From positions 4,747 to 68,746 of the forward strand of contig CACDUZ010000005.1 in the NCBI GenBank assembly GCA_902556105.1: 64,000 nucleotides of DNA, written 5' to 3'. This DNA is from an uncultured SAR86 cluster bacterium (GTDB lineage Bacteria > Pseudomonadota > Gammaproteobacteria > Magnimaribacterales > D2472). Made by a program: the position numbers and the translations under genes. Positions 49,491 through 58,128 of this stretch are shown here, one piece after another. Position 1 is the stretch's first letter. Each line of letters opens with the position of its first letter. A model generated the notes under the pieces. The model was not told the origin of the DNA. It was given only the letters and a program-made list of their open reading frames with translations, and made no database searches.

Positions 49491-50465
49491 TTAAACTCCC
49501 ATTTTTGATTTAAATTCATTGAAGGCTTCTTCGTATTCTTTTTTTAGTCTACCTACAAGCTCGCTGACTGTAGGCGAGTCCTGTATGCCTCCAATTCCTT
49601 GGCCAGATCCCCAGATATCCTTCCATGCTTTTGAATCTGTATTACCTCCAGATCCAAAATTCATACTAGTCTTGTCAGCATCAGGCAGATTTTCTGGATC
49701 CATGCCTGCATTCTCTATTGATGGTTTTAGATAGTTACCTAAAACTCCTGTAAATAAAGAAGAGTAAACTATATCTTTTGCAGCACTCTCTTCTAACATT
49801 TTTTTATACTCAGGTTCAGCATTTGCCTCTTCAGTTGCAATAAATCTTGTTCCTAGATATGCGAAATCTGCACCCAAGGCAATGGCAGAGGCAACAGAGT
49901 GTCCATCACCAATTGACCCAGATAATATTACAGTTCCATCAAACCATTGCTTAACTTCTCTTAATAAAGCAAATGGTGATAATGCTCCAGCATGTCCACC
50001 TGCTCCGGCACAAACAAGAATTAATCCATCTACTCCTTGTTCAGCTGCTTTTTGAGCATGTCTTACGCTTATAACATCATGAAAAACTAAACCCCCATAA
50101 CTATGAGCCGCTTCTACAACCTCAGAAGGTGGTCTTAATGATGTGATAATAATTGGAACTTCATGCTTTACGCATGTCTCCATATCCTGCATCAGTCTAT
50201 CATTTGAGCCATGGCATATTTGATTGACTGCGAATGGAGCAACTTTAGCATCTGGATTTTGTTCTTGATATTCAGCAAGCTCTGTCTTAATTCTTACAAT
50301 CCATTCATCTAAAACATGTTGAGGTCTCGCATTTAAAGCTGGGAAAGATCCTATAATGCCTGCTTTACATTGTGCAATAACAAGTTCTGGTCCTGATACT
50401 AAAAACAAAGGTGCGCCAATTACAGGCATAGAAATGTTATCTTTAATATGTTTTGGAATAGCCAA
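49491..50465 (-). CDS. Nitronate monooxygenase (NMO) / FMN-dependent 2-nitropropane dioxygenase-like oxidoreductase
   Basis: PVIGAPLF, CAGAGGHAG, GTRFIATEE. Confidence 0.85.
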   Translation of the reverse strand: MAIPKHIKDNISMPVIGAPLFLVSGPELVIAQCKAGIIGSFPALNARPQHVLDEWIVRIKTELAEYQEQNPDAKVAPFAVNQICHGSNDRLMQDMETCVKHEVPIIITSLRPPSEVVEAAHSYGGLVFHDVISVRHAQKAAEQGVDGLILVCAGAGGHAGALSPFALLREVKQWFDGTVILSGSIGDGHSVASAIALGADFAYLGTRFIATEEANAEPEYKKMLEESAAKDIVYSSLFTGVLGNYLKPSIENAGMDPENLPDADKTSMNFGSGGNTDSKAWKDIWGSGQGIGGIQDSPTVSELVGRLKKEYEEAFNEFKSKMGV

Positions 50466-50498
50466 TTTTTGTATCTCCTTATATTTATAAATTATTTA

Positions 50499-51812
50499 TT
50501 AAAATTTATCTGGATAGTCATCTACGAGATGAACGAAAGCTCTTAATCCTTCATCTAATGCGGAATCATCCACATAAAAATATGGCGAATGATTACCAGC
50601 CACATCTGTTCTTTCACCGAAGTTACTTGAGTCAAGTCCAACACCGGGCTTATTAACACCCAACCAAAAGTAAAATCCTGGAATCTCTTTTGAAAAATAT
50701 GAAAAGTCTTCAGCTCCAGTTACTGGAATATTAGATTCAACAAATCTTCCAGGTGAGGCTTTCATAAGAGATTCTTTCATCGCATCAACTAGCTTTGGAT
50801 CATTATATGTTTCTGGGAAGAAACCGCCAACATCAAACTCTACACTTATCTTGGTGCCTGTTCCTAGAGCAACCCCTTCTGCCACTTGTTCAATTTCAGA
50901 ATATATTTCTTTTCTTAATTCAGGATCAAATGTCCTTATAGTACCCATGATTTCAGCATCTTCTGGAATGATATTATTTCTCGTACCAGCTTTGACCATG
51001 CCAACTGAAATAACAGCAGGATTATTTATAATATTTATTCGCCTGCTCACAATAGTGTTTAAAGATTGAATTAATTCTGCTGTTGCCATTACCGGATCTA
51101 TTCCAGCCCATGGGGTTGATCCGTGAGTTTGCGTTCCTTTAATCTTTATTCTATATGCTGAAGCTGCAGCAAGTGCAGGTCCAGACTTGACCACTAAAAC
51201 TCCATTTGCAATATTTGTTACATGTAGGCCAAAAATAACCTCTGGTTGATATCGATCAAAAATTCCCTCTTCAAGCATCATTTTAGCTCCGCCTCCTTCA
51301 TCCTCTGGAGGTCCTTCCTCGGCAGGTTGAAAGATAAACATAACTTTACCTCTCAACTGTGATTTATTTTTAGCTAGATACTCAGCAACTCCCATTAATA
51401 TAGCTACATGTGCGTCATGTCCACAAGCATGCATTACTCCCACCTCGTTTCCTAGGTATGTCGTTCTAACTTTTGAAGCAAATGGTAGTCCTGTTTTCTC
51501 TTCAACAGGAAGCGCATCCATGTCTGCTCTTAAGGCAATTGTTGGACCAGGTAAGTCTCCTTCAAGCATTCCTACAAGACCTGTATAAGCAATCTTGGTT
51601 TCAATCTGCATTCCAAGTGATCTAAGATGTTCCTCAATTTTTTTTGAAGTTCTAAATTCTCTATTACCCAATTCAGGATGTTCATGGATATCGTGCCTCC
51701 ACTCAATCACTTTCTCCATTAATAAGTCTAAATTATTATTGAGATTTGATGTTAAATCAGCTGACAAATTTAATGATGGAAGCAATAAAGCAGATAGTAA
51801 TATTCTTTTCAT
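50499..51812 (-). CDS. Secreted M20D-family amidohydrolase (hippurate hydrolase / aminoacylase-like)
   Basis: Signal peptide; HPELGNREF, ALRADMDALP, MHACGHDAH, FQPAEEG. Confidence 0.85.
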   Translation of the reverse strand: MKRILLSALLLPSLNLSADLTSNLNNNLDLLMEKVIEWRHDIHEHPELGNREFRTSKKIEEHLRSLGMQIETKIAYTGLVGMLEGDLPGPTIALRADMDALPVEEKTGLPFASKVRTTYLGNEVGVMHACGHDAHVAILMGVAEYLAKNKSQLRGKVMFIFQPAEEGPPEDEGGGAKMMLEEGIFDRYQPEVIFGLHVTNIANGVLVVKSGPALAAASAYRIKIKGTQTHGSTPWAGIDPVMATAELIQSLNTIVSRRINIINNPAVISVGMVKAGTRNNIIPEDAEIMGTIRTFDPELRKEIYSEIEQVAEGVALGTGTKISVEFDVGGFFPETYNDPKLVDAMKESLMKASPGRFVESNIPVTGAEDFSYFSKEIPGFYFWLGVNKPGVGLDSSNFGERTDVAGNHSPYFYVDDSALDEGLRAFVHLVDDYPDKF

Positions 51813-51839
51813 ACAGAGATTATAGATATAAATTTTCTT

Positions 51840-52046
51840 TTATAAAGAGCAAGTCATGTCATTACCACAACATAAGGGTGATTTGATCTTTCCTTCATAA
51901 TTTGAACATTCTGACTCCAGACATTTTGAAACCTGAACTTGATTACCATCATCTAAATCTAACATTGCATTTACAAGTGGAGCATCACAGTGCCCACAAT
52001 TGGTCTTTACCGACATTCCGCATGAATTGCATTCGTATTTTGCCAT
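51840..52046 (-). CDS. Small cysteine-rich (9 Cys in 68 aa) putative metal-binding protein with a split desulforedoxin-like signature
   Basis: KYECNSCGMSV...CGHC...C-x4-C...PLCCGNDM. No signal peptide. A consensus SD (AGGAG) lies 7 nt upstream of the ATG and overlaps the stop codon of the upstream gene. Confidence 0.6.
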   Translation of the reverse strand: MAKYECNSCGMSVKTNCGHCDAPLVNAMLDLDDGNQVQVSKCLESECSNYEGKIKSPLCCGNDMTCSL

Positions 52047-52056
52047 TATTATTCTC

Positions 52057-52962
52057 CTATTGAGAGTTACCCATTGCTTCTAAAATTTCTAGCAATAGGT
52101 TAATGATATCCAAATATAGAATAAAAGCCATTTCGACTGCAGTATTCCAATCATTTCTGTCAAAAAGACTGGACTGATTTTTAATATAATTAAAGTCATA
52201 TATTAAAAAAAATGAAAATAATGTTGCTCCTGCGATTGCAGCCAATCTAGTAGTTTGTCTGCTGAACTCCATAAAAAAACGAGCGAAATTAAACAATAGT
52301 AAAGCAAACAAGCAGAGTAAAAGAACTCCTCCAAAAATCGTATTCTCTGAGAAAGAATAAAAATCACTGTATCCAATGAATCCAGTCAAAATAGTTACCA
52401 TCAAAACAATTTTTAAAGCTGTGAATCCATCATTTTCATCCATTTCCAACATTACAACAGCCAATAATGGGCCAAAGCTAATACTCGTTAAAGAAAAAAG
52501 AAACATGGTTTGCCAAAGACTTAGTAAATAAAAAGAAGTAACTGCCGCAGTAGTATATAAAGCAATCATCCAGAAAATCATCAAGCTTACAAGTGGTCCA
52601 CCGCCCTCAGGATCATGAGAATATCCTTCCTTCATAAACTTAATTACTTCATCTTGATTTTTCGCCTCTTTGATAAGGGTGTTATTCTTGTCTACATACA
52701 TACTCATTCTTTTAGGAAAGGTATCTTTTTGTTTTACAAAAGGAATTAAATCTAACTTGCCCTTCATATTCACAGATCCTCTGAAGGACAATCCTAAAAG
52801 AGTAGTATTTTTTTGATAGGCTTCTTTTGCTTTTCTTAAAAAATAAAAACATGAAAATAAAACAAGTCCTAATTGCATTGAAAGAATTACAATCGTTTTG
52901 AATAAAAGTGATGTTTCAATAAGCATGGATATAACCATATCATGGTTATAAACAATGTTCAT
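52057..52962 (-). CDS. Bax-inhibitor-1/YccA-like membrane protein with an extra soluble insert
   Basis: The C-terminal helices FFLIYDFNYI and AFILYLDIINLLLEIL resemble the BI-1 family signature, including both Asp residues. About 80 extra residues follow the first hydrophobic segment. Confidence 0.6.
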   Translation of the reverse strand: MNIVYNHDMVISMLIETSLLFKTIVILSMQLGLVLFSCFYFLRKAKEAYQKNTTLLGLSFRGSVNMKGKLDLIPFVKQKDTFPKRMSMYVDKNNTLIKEAKNQDEVIKFMKEGYSHDPEGGGPLVSLMIFWMIALYTTAAVTSFYLLSLWQTMFLFSLTSISFGPLLAVVMLEMDENDGFTALKIVLMVTILTGFIGYSDFYSFSENTIFGGVLLLCLFALLLFNFARFFMEFSRQTTRLAAIAGATLFSFFLIYDFNYIKNQSSLFDRNDWNTAVEMAFILYLDIINLLLEILEAMGNSQ

Positions 52963-52987
52963 TTATAACCCATAAGCTGGTTACGCT

Positions 52988-53491
52988 TTATTTCATAAAA
53001 TAAGCGACTGAGTGATCCTCAAAATTGTAATCACCAACTCTATGAAATCCTAAACCTTGGTGAAAAGATATTGAATTTTGATTTAAAGGTAGGGTGTTTA
53101 CTTCGCAGCATAAGGGAATGTTTTTAGCTTTAGTAATTTCCTCTATTAAAAGGTAAAGATTTTTTCCAATGCCCTCTCTTCTATACTCAGATTTTATTGC
53201 AATTCTATCTATGTATAAAAATTTAGATTCTTTCTTGCTAAAAAAATCATAATTCTTAGATGTGTATGCTGAGTTCTCTCTAAAGCAAATCATAAATCCA
53301 ATAATGCTTTCTTTGGAAGATACATAAAAATTATTAGAACTAAGCTTAACTATTTTTTGAAGATATTCAAAAGAAGATAAGCTACCAACTTCTGGTGTAT
53401 TTTCTTGGTTGAGTTTATATATTTGTTTTAAGAGATCTTGATTTATAGAGCTAGAAAATTCGTTAATGGTGTACTGAAATTCTTTCTTCAC
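52988..53491 (-). CDS. GNAT-family N-acetyltransferase
   Basis: IAIKSEYRREGIGKNL acetyl-CoA binding motif; 167 aa. Confidence 0.8.
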   Translation of the reverse strand: MKKEFQYTINEFSSSINQDLLKQIYKLNQENTPEVGSLSSFEYLQKIVKLSSNNFYVSSKESIIGFMICFRENSAYTSKNYDFFSKKESKFLYIDRIAIKSEYRREGIGKNLYLLIEEITKAKNIPLCCEVNTLPLNQNSISFHQGLGFHRVGDYNFEDHSVAYFMK

Positions 53492-53501
53492 TAAGCGACT
53501 G

Positions 53502-54197
53502 CTATTTACCGTCTTTCTTATATTCTTTCATAGCCTCATTAATTTTAGACATAGGTTCAGCGATAAAAAGTTCTTTAGTAATGGTATAACTAGGATGTCC
53601 CATTGTTCCAAGATCTTTTGCTTTTTCTAATGCGGCCTTCATTAAATCTTCAGGACTTACAACCTCGTCTATCAACCCTGCTTCCTGTGCTTTTTCTAAT
53701 GTATACATTTCTGCACCCAGAACCGCTCTGTACTTATGCGATTCATTAACTCTAAATTTAATTAATTCCAGAATTGGTGTTGGTATTACCATATTAGTTC
53801 TCATCTCATTTGCGCCAAGCATAAAATCACCCTTTACACCTATCCTATAATCACAACAACATAATAAAAAGGTGCCTAATGCGATTCCATGTCCAGAACA
53901 TGCTGCTATTACAGGTCTTGGGAAAGAAAATATTCTTGCTAGCAATTCAAAAGCAGCTTTTGACATTTTCATAATGCTATCCACATCACCGCTTTGAATG
54001 GTTTTTAAATCCAAGCCCGCAGAGAACATGCCCTCTTTACCAACAATTATCAAACAACCTTCCTCAGTTGCTACTTCATCTAAACACTCATTAACGTCTT
54101 GTGACATTTGTGATGAGAAAACGTTTGCCTTTCCGTCGTCGAGTGTAATTATTGATATATTTCCCTCCTTCTTAAGGGTTGCTAATTTTTCTGACAT
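53502..54197 (-). CDS. Enoyl-CoA hydratase/isomerase (crotonase) family protein
   Basis: MFSAGLDLK oxyanion motif, IAACSGHGIALG. Confidence 0.85.
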   Translation of the reverse strand: MSEKLATLKKEGNISIITLDDGKANVFSSQMSQDVNECLDEVATEEGCLIIVGKEGMFSAGLDLKTIQSGDVDSIMKMSKAAFELLARIFSFPRPVIAACSGHGIALGTFLLCCCDYRIGVKGDFMLGANEMRTNMVIPTPILELIKFRVNESHKYRAVLGAEMYTLEKAQEAGLIDEVVSPEDLMKAALEKAKDLGTMGHPSYTITKELFIAEPMSKINEAMKEYKKDGK

Positions 54198-54230
54198 AAT
54201 ATATTCATTATTTAAAAAAGAAATTCTACC

Positions 54231-56060
54231 ATGATTAAAAAAATTCTTAAGCAGGCAGGAAAGCTAATTGCGGTTATTTTAGGCATAGCATCTTTATATT
54301 TATTCAATCTATTCTTTATGAAGCCTTTTTCAATTGATCATTATCTAGGCAAGGAGCTTGTTATGGATTTAACAGACTCTCCAGAAGAGCTTACATATGT
54401 TGGAATTCTTGATAGATTTAATTGGTTAACTAATCACAATTCTAAGTTATCAATTCCACAGGACAATGATATCGAGGATGAAATTAAGCACACAAAAAAA
54501 ATTATTAAGACTCTATATAAATATAATGACTCGAATCTCTCAGATATACAAAAAAATACAAAAAAAATAGCAATATTTGATTATGAGAATCAACTAAAAG
54601 AGCTCCAATATTTTCCCTACTTGGATTATCCTCTAAATCAAATTGGTGGAATTCATCTTAATACAGTTGAATTTATGAATAGTGTTCATCCAATAAGAAC
54701 TGAGTCTGAAGCTAAAGCCTTTATAGAACGAACAGATTTAATAAAAGAGGTATATGAGGGAACTTTAAATGATTTAAAGAAACAAGCTGATAATGGAATC
54801 TATCCTCCAGAATTTGTTTATGGTCATGTAATAAATCAACTTGATGAATTTATAAACATTTCAAATTATGAGCACCCTCTTTATAAGCAATTTATGTTAA
54901 AAGTTAAGAAATTGGAATTAAGCAATGATGAAATTGATTATCTTGAAAACGAAATAACAAGATCAATAAATGAAAGTGTTACTCCTGGCTTTAAACTTCT
55001 AAGAAACTTTATGGTAAGTACTCAAAAAAATGCTAATAAAAATCATGGTATATGGTCTCAACCAGGAGGTGACGAATACTACAAATTAAAAATTAGAACT
55101 TTTACTACTACAGATTACTCACCAGAAAAGATTCATCAAATGGGTTTAAATGAGGTAAAAAGAATTTCTTCAAGAATGAAAGAAATTCTTACATCACTTG
55201 GTTATGACGAAAATAAAAGTGTTGGCGAATTGATGAATGAATTAAACGAAAATCCAGATTTTCTTTATGCAGATACTCCAGATAGAAAAGAAATAGTAGT
55301 AAATGATTATACAGATATGGTTAATGAAGCTATTAGAGTAATGGCTAATTATTTTCATACGATGCCAAAATCTGAAGTCATAGTTGAGGCTGTACCAGAA
55401 TATTCAGAACAAAATGCAGCTGGAGGATATTATCAGTCTCCTGCTCTTGATGGAAGCAGGCCTGGAGTATTTTATGCAAATTTATACGATATAAAACAAA
55501 CTCCTACTTACAGCATGAGAACATTAGCATATCATGAAGCTACACCAGGTCATCACCATCAAATAGCACATTCATTAGAAAATGAAGAGTTAACTTTATA
55601 CAGGAGGTTTGGTTATTACACATCAGCCTTTGCAGAGGGATGGGCTTTATATTCTGAAATACTAGCTCTTGAAGTTGGTTTAGCTGAAAACCCCTATGAT
55701 GAACTTGGAATTTTACAAAGCGAATTGTTTCGTGCAAATAGATTGGTTGTTGATACTGGCATGCACTATAAAAGATGGACAAGAGAAGAAGCAATGGATT
55801 ATATGAAATCTGTAACCGGAATGTCAGATACTGAAGTCAGAGTTGAAATAGAAAGATATATTGTTTGGCCAGGACAGGCTCTCAGCTATAAAGTTGGAAT
55901 GATAAAAATACTTGAACTTAGAGAAAGAGCAATGAAAGAATTAGGAGAAAAGTTTAATATTAAAGACTTTCATTCTGCTGTATTAGACCATGGGAATCCT
56001 CCTCTATTTATTGTGGAAGAAATGGTTGAGAAAATGATAGAAGAAGCCTTAGATCAATAG
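54231..56060 (+). CDS. DUF885-family protein with N-terminal membrane anchor
   Basis: YHEATPGHHHQ and the ERY..WPGQALSYK motifs characteristic of DUF885. Confidence 0.8.
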   Translation: MIKKILKQAGKLIAVILGIASLYLFNLFFMKPFSIDHYLGKELVMDLTDSPEELTYVGILDRFNWLTNHNSKLSIPQDNDIEDEIKHTKKIIKTLYKYNDSNLSDIQKNTKKIAIFDYENQLKELQYFPYLDYPLNQIGGIHLNTVEFMNSVHPIRTESEAKAFIERTDLIKEVYEGTLNDLKKQADNGIYPPEFVYGHVINQLDEFINISNYEHPLYKQFMLKVKKLELSNDEIDYLENEITRSINESVTPGFKLLRNFMVSTQKNANKNHGIWSQPGGDEYYKLKIRTFTTTDYSPEKIHQMGLNEVKRISSRMKEILTSLGYDENKSVGELMNELNENPDFLYADTPDRKEIVVNDYTDMVNEAIRVMANYFHTMPKSEVIVEAVPEYSEQNAAGGYYQSPALDGSRPGVFYANLYDIKQTPTYSMRTLAYHEATPGHHHQIAHSLENEELTLYRRFGYYTSAFAEGWALYSEILALEVGLAENPYDELGILQSELFRANRLVVDTGMHYKRWTREEAMDYMKSVTGMSDTEVRVEIERYIVWPGQALSYKVGMIKILELRERAMKELGEKFNIKDFHSAVLDHGNPPLFIVEEMVEKMIEEALDQ

Positions 56061-56659
56061 TTCTCTGGATGTTTTGGAGTAAAGGCTTTGTAATAATTTT
56101 TTAGATCCGCAATATCTTTTAGATTATCGCCAGAAGGAGAAAATATTTTACCTAATAAGATTTCTTTTTTTGCAAAATCGATAGATGCTGGAACTATTTT
56201 AGTATTCAATTCGTCTGCAATTCTTAAAAATCCTGTTTTCCACTCTTTTACCTTTGATCGAGTTCCTTCAGGCGCCATGCCAATTAATGTTCCATTGATA
56301 CCTCTAATTTGATCTATTGCATCTTGGATGATGCCACCCGGCTTAGTTCGATCAACTGGAATACCGCCCATATATCTCAAAAAAGCTCCTAAACCAAAAT
56401 ATTTAAATACAGTATGTTTACCAATAAATGTGATCTTTGCATCAAGACCTGCTATAGCTGCAATACCTAATATACCGTCCCAATTTGAAGTATGAGGAGC
56501 AACAATTACTACAAGCTTTTCAGCTGCATGCTCATCTGATATGCCTCCATTTACTTTCCATCCAAGAAAAGACAGCACCATTCCTCCAAGCCATTGAATG
56601 ACTTTTGGCCTATGAGCTCTAAAGGTTAAAGGTATTTGACTTTTAGATACGCTTTTCAT
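56054..56659 (-). CDS. Lysophospholipid (PlsC-type) acyltransferase family protein
   Basis: H(X)4D motif APHTSNWDG, GGIPVDR, MAPEGTRS. Confidence 0.8.
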   Translation of the reverse strand: MKSVSKSQIPLTFRAHRPKVIQWLGGMVLSFLGWKVNGGISDEHAAEKLVVIVAPHTSNWDGILGIAAIAGLDAKITFIGKHTVFKYFGLGAFLRYMGGIPVDRTKPGGIIQDAIDQIRGINGTLIGMAPEGTRSKVKEWKTGFLRIADELNTKIVPASIDFAKKEILLGKIFSPSGDNLKDIADLKNYYKAFTPKHPENY

Positions 56660-56661
56660 AA

Positions 56662-57357
56662 TTAAGATTTATTCATCTGTAATTTATCCTTAATCAGATA
56701 AGGTGTATATATTAGATAACAAACAATAACTGCGATGATAAATATATCAACCATATGATATGGAGCGTCTCTCATATAATCAGTGATATTTAGGCCTGGC
56801 GGCTTTTCAATTACAAACCAATAGTTTGCTGGAGCGCCAAGTAAATAATTTATAGGATACATAGAAAGCATAAATAAAGTCATTACCGCAAGTACTCTAT
56901 GCACATCTTTGAATTGCGGTCTTAGATGATCTATAACCATTGCATACGTTACTCCTAGCAAAATCATTGAGTGGCCAATCATATGCCTAACATAGTCAAT
57001 ATGTGGAAATGAATATAGAACATCTGGAGTCAAGATAGCCATTCCTGCTCCAGAGAAACCAGCAAAGAAAGCAAACAGAAAAAACTCTTTTCTTTGTGTA
57101 AAGAAATATAAAATTATTGAAGCTGTAGAAAAATCACATAAATGTAACGGCAATCCAAGCTTCAACTCATCCATATACCCCTCCCTATATAAATCCATGC
57201 CCTGATTTATAAGGAGTAATGAAATAATTACTAAAACTAGCCCTCTTTTACTTCTAGTGCTTTTATCAAGAAATATTTTTGGTAGAAAAATAATTATAGC
57301 TATACAAAAAAATGTAAATATTATGTGAGAAGGATCTAATAAACTAAAGTTGGTCAT
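56662..57357 (-). CDS. Polytopic membrane protein, probably TIGR02206 (YwaF/TMEM164-like) family
   Basis: About seven TM helices, with LGLPLHLCDF and ILTPD motifs that I associate with the YwaF family. Confidence 0.5.
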   Translation of the reverse strand: MTNFSLLDPSHIIFTFFCIAIIIFLPKIFLDKSTRSKRGLVLVIISLLLINQGMDLYREGYMDELKLGLPLHLCDFSTASIILYFFTQRKEFFLFAFFAGFSGAGMAILTPDVLYSFPHIDYVRHMIGHSMILLGVTYAMVIDHLRPQFKDVHRVLAVMTLFMLSMYPINYLLGAPANYWFVIEKPPGLNITDYMRDAPYHMVDIFIIAVIVCYLIYTPYLIKDKLQMNKS

Positions 57358-57427
57358 CTAATGCAAAGTATCCCATTTTTTCTTATAAATATCATTAATA
57401 GTAAGATGTATTTGATGTAAAGTTTAC

Positions 57428-57456
57428 TTGACATAAATATCCTGTAAATATATGAT
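57428..57456 (+). promoter_or_regulatory. Near-consensus sigma-70 promoter for the membrane-protein/XRE operon
   Basis: TTGACA-N17-TATGAT, followed by GAGG 8 nt upstream of the ATG at 57475. Confidence 0.5.
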
Positions 57457-57474
57457 TTTGCTGAGGTAACAATT

Positions 57475-57933
57475 ATGGCAAAAATAACAGGGTATGGCTT
57501 TTGGATAGATATTAAATCTCTAAAAGGAGAAGATAAGAAGAACTGGATTATATGTTTGATTACTGCAGGTCTAGCAGGAGGATTGGCAGGATATCTTGGT
57601 GTTGCACTATCAGAAACTGGCATTGATGCATTGGGAGGCATAGAGGAAAACGGTATTTATATTTGGCTTTCTATTATTGAAATTGTTTGTATTTATATTG
57701 CTGTATATACCTATATAAAAGTCTTAAAAAATCAGGATCAGTTATTTCAAAAATATAATGAAATGACGATGATTGGAGGAGCTTTAGGCTTTATTCTTTT
57801 GGGAATTCCTATTGCTATCTTGTCACCTTTTATAGGCTATGATTTTGGTTTTATTGATTTATTTCTTGGATTTGCTTTAGGCGCCAGTATTAACAGTTAT
57901 AGATTTTATAAAATCTTTATTAAAGAAGACTGA
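57475..57933 (+). CDS. Hypothetical four-TM membrane protein, co-transcribed with the XRE regulator
   Basis: Hydrophobic profile. Its stop is immediately followed by the ATG of the HTH gene. Confidence 0.5.
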   Translation: MAKITGYGFWIDIKSLKGEDKKNWIICLITAGLAGGLAGYLGVALSETGIDALGGIEENGIYIWLSIIEIVCIYIAVYTYIKVLKNQDQLFQKYNEMTMIGGALGFILLGIPIAILSPFIGYDFGFIDLFLGFALGASINSYRFYKIFIKED

Positions 57934-58128
57934 ATGAAGAATAAATTAAAAGGTTTGCGAACTAAAAAAGGAGTAAGTCAAAATGATCTTGCTCTGGCTC
58001 TTTCAGTAAGCAGGCAGACTATTAATTCTATTGAAAATGGGAAATTTGATCCCTCTTTAACATTAGCAATAAAAATGACTCGTTATTTCGAATTGCCTTT
58101 GGATGAAATTTTTGTCTATGAAGACTAA
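57934..58128 (+). CDS. Small XRE/Cro-C1-type HTH transcriptional regulator
   Basis: LKGLRTKKGVSQNDLALALSVSRQTINSIENGKFDPSLTLAIKMTRYFELPLDEIF is the canonical 64-aa stand-alone HTH_3. Confidence 0.85.
   Translation: MKNKLKGLRTKKGVSQNDLALALSVSRQTINSIENGKFDPSLTLAIKMTRYFELPLDEIFVYED

Noticed and set aside
50499-53491. Reading the 68-aa Cys-rich ORF as a RiPP precursor, with the neighbouring M20 peptidase, GNAT and membrane protein as tailoring and export genes.
   Set aside because: No radical-SAM, MNIO/DUF692, YcaO, lanthipeptide or other known maturase is present, and there is no leader/core organisation or ABC exporter. The paired CxxC/CC pattern fits a structural metal site better.
57354-57641. 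A 95-aa minus-strand ORF spanning the 57358..57474 spacer.
   Set aside because: It overlaps the near-consensus plus-strand promoter and the 5' end of the membrane-protein gene. Its translation is low-complexity, and its 3' end would overlap the start codon of the downstream membrane-protein gene (56662..57357) by 4 nt.
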